Positions 55,198 to 64,000 of a DNA stretch of 64,000 nucleotides are shown here, in pieces (the stretch's first letter is position 1; every line of letters begins with the position of its first letter). The notes under the pieces were generated by a model. That model did not search any database and was not told where the DNA came from. It saw nothing but the letters and a program-made list of their open reading frames with translations. Origin of the DNA: Lytechinus pictus (taxonomy: Eukaryota); the NCBI RefSeq assembly GCF_037042905.1, contig NC_087246.1, positions 5,396,001 to 5,460,000 on the forward strand, read 5' to 3'. The position numbers and the translations under genes were made by a program.

Positions 55198-56090
55198 ACG
55201 TAAATGATAACACCGGCAGTGACGGAGGAAAGGCAGATTATTCGGTGACCAAGAAAGAGAAGTCAGATTCCTTGCTACTTGGATCCGACCTTGGATCGAC
55301 TACGGGCAGCTCTGGCGGGGAAGCCTCTGGTAGTCAACTGACCTGTACGTCACCGGACAATAGTCTTGGCTTCAATGTTGATTCACTGGGACATCAGTCA
55401 GAGCCAATGAGTGACGACCTAACGAAATCACGATCGATGCCGAAAACGGGATCGTCCATGGGTCAACCGAAGCGTAGGTTGAGCGGTGGAGGCCTTGGTG
55501 TGGTTGATGGCGGCGTTAACGGTTGTGATGCGAGACTGACGGATTATAATACGGGAAATGCCAATGGAATGGTGGATACATTATCGCCTTGTTACACACA
55601 AGACGGTGTCATGGACGACAACGGACTTGGTTCGGTGCAGCCCGCTACTGCGCTTGCCGTCGCCCAAATGGCAAAAGACAGTATTCACCCGAGCTACTCA
55701 GCGAGGTCGATGACAAGCATGGGTGGAATGCAAAGTCCCAGTTACTGCTCAGGACAAGGTATGGGTCTCCAGGGTACGAGTAGCATGTACATGCAGTCGT
55801 TCGAGCCGCATACGACGGCGACGTCGATGTACAACACGAGTAATACGGGTTATCACCATCATCACTCTTCCAGCGGTCTCGGGAGTCATCTCCACGCCCA
55901 AGCGCATGCAAGACACCTCGCACAGCAGTCATCCTTCCCGACATGCAACAGCATGTCGTCCATTCATGCATCCGCTCAGTTCCTTCATCATGGTAGTCAT
56001 AGCAACCCGACAGACGCCATGAGTATGAATATGAATATGCATATGACCAATCACGCGTTCCCATCACATTCAATGAAGTTTCCCGTCTGA
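55198..56090 (+). CDS. tbx6/16: T-box gene terminal coding exon 7: Ser/Gly/Met/His-rich C-terminal region ending MKFPV*
   Basis: Acceptor ctccctttattgaacag|AC; same frame as ORF 55245-56090; GC-rich and stop-free for 297 codons; low-complexity composition typical of transcription-factor C-termini. Confidence 0.9.
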
Positions 56091-58030
56091 GAAAACTTTT
56101 ATCAAACAGACTAATTTGAACTCAAACAGACTATTCGAAAAACCATTTTGTAAATTTATCCTTGTACATTTTTTTTAAATATAGATTTGACCTGGAGGTC
56201 TTGTCTTATCAATGTGAGAAAGTAAGCATTCGAGGAGATTTATTATTGTTACTTAATCCGTGTTGATAATCTTTCTTTTCTAATGTTCCGATTTTGATAT
56301 TTTATGCATAAGCTTGGGTATATGATTCAGAATCAAAGTGTACAACATGAATATTCTGAAAAGAATATTGTTAAGAAGTAAAATTGCATTGTGTAACCAT
56401 TTAAACTGATTCATTTATTTTTGTCATAATTGCCCTTTTTTGAGATACATTCTTCTAGTTTTTGTATTAAACTCCGATCGGTGTATTTTTTATCAATATA
56501 GCACCCTATATTAATACTAGAGTTACTTCTTTCCAAAAAGTAAACTAAAGATAAGTTTCAATGGAAAGCTTGCTTTATGTTCCCTCAGCCCCCCCCCCCC
56601 CTCCATGCTTTGTAATTTATACGTCGCTATCTATATGAAGTACAGTGAAACCTGTTTATAGCGAACACCTGAGGAAAACACAAAATGTGGCATTTATACA
56701 CAGGTGATTGATATAGAAATAAGGCCACTAACACTGATATGACTAGTATAATTGCTTTTAAATAAATTCGTGAAAATTTAAACAATCCTGATTAAATTTA
56801 CTCTCCTTACCTAATTTTGTTGTTTATATTAGAACTCCTTCATGTCCTTATATTTTTTCTTACTTCTTGCCATATTTTTTAAATCTTCTCTTTCTTCTAA
56901 TACCCGTAAACAACTCAATATCTGTTTAGAAGGGAAGAAATTTTCTTCATCACAATACCAATGTTTACTCTTCTTAGATATTTTACTGAAAACAGATGGG
57001 ATAGAAATTATCGCCCAATAGTCGTGATAGTTCATGTACATATCGCTCTTTAATAGCCGACTTCTAATTGACTGCATTTTTGTATGTTCATTAGAACTCT
57101 TACACACTTTCGTTTATTATATTATAATATCATATATTGCCGTTTTGGTTTGAAAGTTTCAGTCGAAATCAAGGCATTTATTATCCTGTTGGGATTTCCT
57201 ATGACGTTCTTAGAACTTTATAATAGGATTACTTTTAATATTTGGAAGGCATGATGGAATCATGCACTATGATACTCGGGATTATAAATTTTCTTCTCAT
57301 TTCATAGTTTATACTGGCTACAGAAAATGCAGAATACGTATTCATGAATCGTATATTTTATCTTTTTATTCTTAAGATTTATAATGATTTTATAGTTTAA
57401 TATTTTCATAACTTTCACTATTTCCAGACAAGGGTTTAACATATAGGTGGAAGTTCGGAATCGCTTTTAAGCAAGCTTTGATTATAGAAATTATTATATT
57501 ACCCCCCAAAATTATGATTTTGCATCATGATACATTAGATATAATTTTTCCTCATAAATCCCTTGTATCTTTTACATTTTTCAATCAATATTTTTCTAAG
57601 ATTTTGAGTCTTGTTAGTGGAATATTCAATCTGTATTTCTAAGGTTTAAACACAGCTTTCAAAATGATTTTACTCAGTGTATACAGTGCAGTGTATTAAA
57701 TTTTAGAAATGTTTTTAATTATGTCCATTTTATAAAATTTATTAGAATAAAAAGCGCAAATGACAATTTTTCTGAAACTAGCAAACAGTCCTAGTATGCG
57801 ATGAAATCGCACAAATAATCAGTAAATTTGTTATGAATTTATGTCGCATTGTCCGGTTTTTTATGTGAATGTTCCGTCAATTAGGAACATAGTTGTATTG
57901 TAAATATTTATTTTCAAGTCAAAGTAATGTACACGTTCATCATCTGACAACTTATTTAAGATATTCTTTTTAACAAAACCTTGCGCTCAATTTGTGACGA
58001 AATAAAATTTAATAAGAAAGTGATTGCTGT
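56091..58030 (+). other. Putative long AU-rich 3' UTR; AATAAA at 56761, 57746 and 58001 (also 58643)
   Basis: Follows the stop codon and is very T-rich; the 58001 hexamer is followed by a T/GT-rich tract. The true cleavage site cannot be determined. Confidence 0.4.
56643..56710 (+). mobile_element. Possible Tc1/mariner-pogo MITE end in the 3' UTR
   Basis: TA|CAGTGAAACCTGTTTATAGCGAACACC…TTTATACACAGGTG resembles pogo/Tigger-type termini; the partner TIR was not found. Confidence 0.35.
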
Positions 58031-58759
58031 AATAATGATGTATGATTCCTTGCTTTTTCTATCATTGTATCGCTTTTTATTTGTCTGTGATGAATAATAA
58101 ATATGTTTGATGCTTTACACAAGGGCTAAGGAAACTGAAAAAAAGGATGGAAAACTCGAGTAACTCCTACTTTTCTCTTTTCCTTGATATTTTATTTTGT
58201 CTCTGCTCTAGTCTATCATGTTTATGTTCAAGATATAGAGATGAGACACCTCAACAAAAGAGTTGTACAGGTATGTGACATGAACTGACATCAACTATTT
58301 ATTTGAAAAATGTACTGTATATTTTGGTCTAAAGGTGTAAGTAGAGTAATTATATCTTTTTATTTTAAAAACATAACAACAACAAAACACGTACATTCCA
58401 AGAATGAATTCGGTTTGAAAGGTACCGTTTCTTTTACATCTGACCTTTTCTCTTTCTTCTTAAATGGGCTTTGAAAGTGCAATCGTTTATAACAATTCTA
58501 CTCAAAGTATGAAATTATGAGTGTTCATAATATGTTTGTATTATTATCTTTAGCCTATCTGCTTTAGAATTATTGAATTTGTATGTATATAATAGGTTTG
58601 ATAGCAGATACGAGATACATTTTGCTGTTATTGTTATTTGTGAATAAATTAACCAATGAAATTGAGTTATCCTATCACTAGTAATGATTGGGTCAGAATG
58701 AGAATGGAAATATTGATGATCACGACGTCGATGATGTTGCAGTTGGTGGTGGTGAATGA

Positions 58760-58829
58760 AGATGATATGATGATAATGATGATGATGATTATGATGATGT
58801 TGATAATGAAGATGATGACGATGATGATA

Positions 58830-58868
<39 letters not shown>
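58760..58868. repeat. (ATG)n microsatellite
   Basis: Direct read; explains the poly-Met and poly-Ile ORFs. Confidence 0.95.
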
Positions 58869-59169
58869 GAATAAAATTTTCTATTTTCAAATATTTCTGT
58901 CAGGTACAATTACTTGAAATAGTACATTACATATAAACAAAACATTTGGTAATTGGAGCTAACATAATAGCAAGATGCTTATCGAGGTTTAATAGCCCAA
59001 AGTAATATCATTATCATAGTTTAAACAATAGTTTTAACTAAATCTCAATATTGCACATCAAATTCAATACTAATTTTACTTCTTATTGATGCAGACAATT
59101 GCGATCATTTTTTTTTAGTGAACATAATTACACTATTTACAAGAAAAAATATCTTAATTATTCACAAAA

Positions 59170-59830
59170 ATCTTTATAGAAAATTACATGTTTTCAGGCA
59201 GTATTTACCATACCAAATTAATTATAATCTTCCAGTAGCGTTAGTTTTAAAAAATTTGCTAAGTATCTTGCGACTTGGGGTGTTTCTAATATTACTTGGC
59301 AGATGATTCCATAAAGTAGGACCAGAAAATGAAATTGATTGTTTTCCCAAATTGGTATTATTTTTGTCAAGATTCACATTTTTTTCCTTTTCTTTATTTC
59401 TCGGATTGTAAGGTTGGTCAATGAATGATAAATAATCAATAAAACTATGCGGCAAGCGATTATTAATTAATTAATTGGTATTGGTTGAAAATATCGAGAA
59501 TATTAAGATAAAGGAGCAGAGTGATAAGTATGATCGCTGAACGTCATTATTCTAGCTATTCTTTTTGAAGTAATAGGTTTTATGGTTTTTTTGCACGTCC
59601 CACCCCAAACTTCCAGACCATGTGTTATATGTAGTAAAATAAATGAGTTGTGTAACATAACTAAGATTCTCTTAAGATACATAATTCCTCGATCTATAAA
59701 GTATTCCAATTTATTTGCTTAGCACATTGCATACGGCAATGTTAACCTGTTTGTTTCATGCAAGGTTTTTGTCGATACATATACCAAGAAATAATGTTGA
59801 TTCCGCACAGTCTAATAAACATGATAAAGT
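59170..59830 (-). pseudogene. Decayed non-LTR retrotransposon (CR1/L2/Crack clade) ORF2 C-terminal fragment
   Basis: Minus-strand peptides in the expected order: FLGICIDKNLA* (YLG..D..L.W motif), LHNSFILLHITHGLEVWG…KRIARI…HSAPL, and TNLGKQSISFSGPTLWNHLPSNIR; interrupted by stops and frameshifts. Confidence 0.8.
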
Positions 59831-59981
59831 TCCTTTCGGTGACAATAATTGTCCTGATATTTAAAAAAAAATCGTCTTTTTTAAACAACATATATTTATT
59901 TTACGTCATGTTCGTAACAATGTTTGTTAATTTGTTGGCATTGCACCATGCTATTATATTGTTTAGATTGAGACTAATTTT

Positions 59982-60102
59982 ATGATGATGATGAAGATGA
60001 TGATGATGATGATGAAGAAGGTGTTGGTGGTGGTGGTGGTGGGGGTTGTGATTATATAATGTTGCTGGTGATAAAGGTGGTGATGATGATGGTTACGATG
60101 AT
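59982..60102. repeat. (GAT)n/(GGT)n compound microsatellite
   Basis: Direct read. Confidence 0.85.
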
Positions 60103-60399
60103 GAGTATGCTGCTGCGGTTTAGAATTTGGCGTTGTGCTTTTGCTACGTTGGCGACGATGATGATATGAAAAGCAAAGTCAAATTCAATTCTGTTTAATA
60201 GATTTTAACAAATAATAAAATGCTGTAGTCCGAAGACTAATTTTGCAATTTTTACATTGAATATTATTTACATTCGAAGACTGTATATACAGTTAAAATT
60301 ATTCACATTTAAATGAGAAAACAGTTGGTTGATTGAGATATGCATTAGTGAGATTTTATTAGATAATACCAGCCCGGGATTTTGATAATTTTGTATTGG

Positions 60400-60478
60400 G
60401 AAAAAGTGTTTTTAAACTCCAGTTATAATCGTGGTTTCCATGGTAGTTGCCCGGTATGTTACTTTTGAAATGGGCCCC
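60400..60478. mobile_element. Partial Harbinger-like MITE end related to the 40324/47474 family
   Basis: CCATGGTAGTTGCC…TTTTGAAATGGGCCC followed by CTG. Confidence 0.45.
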
Positions 60479-60869
60479 TGGACATGAAGGATACTGACAA
60501 AAGTGAAGAAAGTTGATGGTGAAATAAAAAGAATACATTTATCTTCAAGAAAATTTTTGATGCTCCATGCATTTTTGTTGTTGTTTATATATCTCGTATT
60601 ATTTTTTCTGTAAATAAATTCATGAGCATCATTTTTTTTTCAGCAACAAATATACGGTAATGTAGAGTGATGATTGTTCACAGATAGACCTCGCAGCAAT
60701 CAGTCACTAACAAGCACACTCAAAGAATTTCAAACAGCTAGGAGAAGAAGAACCTAAAAATATAATTGGAGCTGAACTAACTGAACTAAACTCAATAAAG
60801 ATGTCGACAAAATGAAGTCCAGTGTTGCTCTGATTTATTGGGCCAGACCTCACTTGGCATTGCTTTTAA

Positions 60870-61612
60870 AGAACAAGTCCACCCAGTGGCGTACTTAGGA
60901 TTTTCCACAGGGGGGGGGGGGGCAAAACCGTCCGCCCAAAAATTTGACAAGGAAAAAAAAAAAAAAAGTCTTCAATCACAAATAAAGGATTTCGTACCAG
61001 ATGAAAAATTGACAAGCAAAAAAAAAAAAAAAAAAGGTACGCTAGTGAGTCCACCCCAACAAAAAAGTTGATTTGAATAAAAAGAGAAATATCCAACAAG
61101 CATAACACTGAAAATATCAAAGTCGGATGTAAAATAAAAAAGTTATGACATTTTAAAGTTTCGCTTAATTTTCACAAAACAGTTATATACACATCCTGAT
61201 TGGTATGAAAATGAGGAGACTGATGACGTCATCCGCTCACTATTTCTTTTGTATTTTATTATATGAAATATGAAATGTAATTTTCTTCTCATTGTCAAGA
61301 GAAACAACAATCAATTCCTCCCTGAACATGTATAATTAGTATTGGTTCAGTCAAGTTGGTCATTATTGTCAAATAAATGAAATATTGTATTTTTCAAACA
61401 ATAAAAAAACAAAAGAAATAGTGAGGGACATCATCAACTGACTCATTTGCGTGTCACTAAGGTGTGCACATCATTCTATTGTGAAAATAAGCGAAACTTT
61501 TAAATGTCATCTTTCTTATTTTACATCCGATTCTGCATGATTTTTTTCAGAATTATGCTAGTTTGACTTTTTCTATTTATTTTATTTTTTTTTTCTTGGG
61601 TGGATTTGACCT
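60870..61612 (+). mobile_element. Non-autonomous TTAA-target transposon (Kolobok-like), copy 2, interrupted by a hAT MITE
   Basis: TTAA|AGAACAAGTCCACC … GGGTGGATTTGACCT|TTAA; homologous to 44840-45441. Confidence 0.82.
60884..61047 (+). mobile_element. hAT-type MITE with an 8-bp TSD
   Basis: TIRs CAGTGGCGTAC / GTACGCTAGTG; exact duplication AGTCCACC at 60876-60883 and 61048-61055. Confidence 0.88.
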
Positions 61613-62137
61613 TTAAACAAAAAATATACCATATTCAAATATGTTAAGAAATAATTTCGTAAGATCAATTTAATTAATAGAAAAAGAGAGAATAGAAGAA
61701 TCCAGAAAAGTGGAAGAACCAATTAAGGGTGAAAGGTGAACCAATGAGCATGAGGTAGCTAGATGATATGATTATTATTATTATTATTAATTGTTTGGCT
61801 ACCTGTGCCTGGGACCGGGGCCTGGGAGGCGAAAAGCGAACTGAATCACTATGACCCGCAGGTCTCTCCTCCCGATATAGCTGATTGGAAAAAGAATGTT
61901 CTGAATATAAATGAGAAGACAATAGAAACATGTGGAGTTGGAATGGCAATAGAATGCGATAAACGTGTGACAATCATGGCATAGACACAAGTATGGAAAG
62001 CAAAGTGTAAAATAAAAGATTAATCATGACAAAATTCAACATTTAAATATAACGATTCCCTATAGACGAGTGAATGTTAATGTGTCTGACAAATGAGCAG
62101 TCCGTCAGATTGATTGAGGCTTCTTGGTGGAATTCAA

Positions 62138-62330
62138 TTTTCCAAAAGGGGGACAAATTTTTCGGAGGAAAATATATAGACAAGCCAAAAAAAAATATTT
62201 TCAACCACAATTTTATGATATTTCGTACCCGAAAAAAATTAAAAAGCCAAAAAGGGGTCTTCAATTTCAATGGCATTTTTACATCAATTTGTTTTTATTT
62301 TGCTTTTGAAAAGGGGGGGGGGAGGGGGCG
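62138..62330 (+). mobile_element. Degenerate fragment of the same hAT-MITE family as 60884
   Basis: Shares TTTTCCA-A-GGGGG, GACAAGC-polyA and ATTTCGTACC motifs in the same order. Confidence 0.55.
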
Positions 62331-62539
62331 CCGGCATACGGCACGTCGTGCCGTTTTCCAGTTTCCACTGCCCCAGGCCCACGGCACGGCAAGAAAGCCG
62401 TGCTCGATCAGATGCCGTCCGTCAGGACCCATGTATGATGTAAACCCCCGTGTAAACCCAAGGCTAGACTGCTTCAGGCGTGGCAACAAGTACATTTTAA
62501 GGGTATTCGTGTATCCTCAGCCGACCCGTGCCCCGGCCG

Positions 62540-63912
62540 GCGAAATTATTTTTCCCACCGAGTTCTGGACCGACATATGAATATTCATGACTTGCGTCTT
62601 CGAATTAAGAGTACGCATGCGCGTGGACTTGGCCACGACCAGTGCCACCAGTGCAGTGCCGCGCCGGTCGTAAACATTCACGTTGCTCAGAATGAATTAG
62701 CATCGTCAAATTACCGGTACCCTTACATAGTTACGTAGACCTTATACTAGGCTTAGATATCTATATCTATATCCAATTCTTAAACACTTATACAAAATAG
62801 CTGCCATTAATGGCAAGACATGTGCTAGGGTAGGGCTCGCTTAGGCTAGCGCATTAACTTTACCTCAAATCTGGACCTGTCTAATGCCTAGTACCTGTCC
62901 ATGGACCTATTGATAGGTCCATGCTAGTACTAATCAGTGTTGTAGTGCCTTGATGCTCGGCCTTCAAAGCCTTTGCCTTGAACATTTGAGCCTTGAAATT
63001 TAAAGGCATTTTCAAGGCTTTTTCAAGGCATTTTGTACTTTCATTTGTTTTAAATAAGTAATTACAAATGTTTCAATTTTTTTTTCGCGGACGAAAAAGC
63101 CTCCAAAAAATTTGCCCCACTTTGGTACGCCAGTGCGTGCGTGGAATGTATTCTAACGTCAGGCACAAATTAACGTCAGTGATTTTAATCCCCGTCTTCA
63201 CCCCAAATTAAGGATTTCTTAGCTGAAAAAAATTGACAAGCAAATAAAAAAATAGGAAAAAAAAAAGAGAAGATATTCACGTTCAAAAGAGGGGACGTCC
63301 CCTGGATCAGTTGTGACTCGTCAGGGGGCAGTCTGCCCCCCCCCCTTTGGTATACCTAGTGGTTCCATGCTGATACAGCGTAGATCAGAGTCTAGATCTA
63401 GAGACTAGACTAGAACTAAGATATATTTTTTTAGATCTAGGACTGGTCCTGTATACGGACTAGACACATTAAATCATGGTAAATAAGCTAATATTGGTCC
63501 AAACCTAATCAAACGTAAAGTTCGGAATTAACCAGTGGCATTAGTCGGCTTTTCCTATTAGTATTAGGCATTAGACAGGTCCAGATTTGAGGTAAAGTTA
63601 ATGCGCTAGCCTAAGCGAGCCCTATCCTAGCACATGTCTTGCCATTAATGGCAGCTATTTTGTATAAGTGTTTAAGAATTGGATATAGATATAGATCTAA
63701 GCCTAGTATAAGGTCTACGTAACTATGTAAGGGTACCGGTAATTTGACGATGCTAATTCATTCTGAGCAACGTGAATGCTTACGACCGGCGCGGCACTGG
63801 TGGCACTGGTCGGTCGTGGCAAAGTCCACGCGCATGCGTACTCTTAATCCGAAGACGCAAGTCATGAATATTCATATGTTGGTCCAGAACTCGGTGGGAA
63901 AAATAATTTCGC
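62540..63912. mobile_element. Long-inverted-repeat element: arms 62540-62894 and 63561-63912 with a mosaic spacer
   Basis: The arms are reverse complements over about 350 bp with few substitutions and small indels; a possible 9-bp TSD GTGCC(C/G)CGG suggests Mutator/MULE, but this is uncertain. Confidence 0.8.
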
Positions 63913-64000
63913 GTGCCGCGGAATGCCGTGCACGGTCACCGTGCCGGATGCTGTGTATTGTTAATTGTTATATGGTGAAATTTTAAAAAGTACTTACATA

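Larger units (their letters stand above)
453..56090 (+). other. tbx6/16: Gene span (start to stop codon) of a 7-coding-exon T-box transcription factor, Tbx6/16 subfamily, 610 aa predicted
   Basis: Exons join in frame: 154+238+268+147+68+65+893 = 1833 nt = 611 codons including the stop. The complete T-box runs from [23 protein letters not shown] to NPFAKGFRD. The segments [30 protein letters not shown] and [12 protein letters not shown] resemble Tbx16/VegT/Tbx6 more than Tbx2/3, Tbx4/5 or Brachyury (comparison from memory; phylogeny needed). Confidence 0.85.

Noticed and set aside
55589..56073. Overlapping alternative-frame and antisense ORFs (55589-55783 +, 55645-56073 -, 55723-56022 +)
   Set aside because: They are shadows of the GC-rich terminal coding exon, with no recognisable motifs or independent splice or start signals.
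62074..62580. 168-aa ORF next to the long inverted repeat as a possible transposase
   Set aside because: It runs through hAT-MITE remnants and homopolymer runs, with no DDE or DNA-binding motif.
1..64000. Scattered Su(H) (GTG(G/A)GAA), TCF (CTTTGAT) and single T-box sites
   Set aside because: Counts look compatible with chance in 64 kb of AT-rich DNA; only clustered or duplicated cases were kept.

Overview
This is AT-rich, microsatellite-rich animal genomic DNA. It is probably an invertebrate deuterostome such as a sea urchin, but that is inferred from composition, gene family and repeat types and is not proven. One spliced + strand gene spans most of the window: a T-box transcription factor of the Tbx6/16 (Tbx6/VegT/spadetail/Dorsocross) subfamily. 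I assembled 7 coding exons by hand: 453-606, 8339-8576, 30016-30283, 39962-40108, 47899-47966, 50076-50140 and 55198-56090. All introns are GT-AG and all phases are compatible, giving 1833 nt and 610 aa. Exons 1, 5 and 6 are missing from the ORF track. The introns and 3' flank contain a tRNA-derived SINE, Harbinger-, hAT-, Kolobok- and CACTA-like MITEs (two cleanly nested with target-site duplications), foldback elements, a decayed CR1/L2-clade LINE, a 106-bp tandem duplication, and several GC-rich non-coding islands that may be enhancers. The most striking unexplained structure is a pair of ~350-bp, highly similar inverted repeats at 62540-63912 enclosing a mosaic spacer. I found no evidence for a wholly new multi-gene system. 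Nearly all other listed ORFs are low-complexity or chance ORFs.
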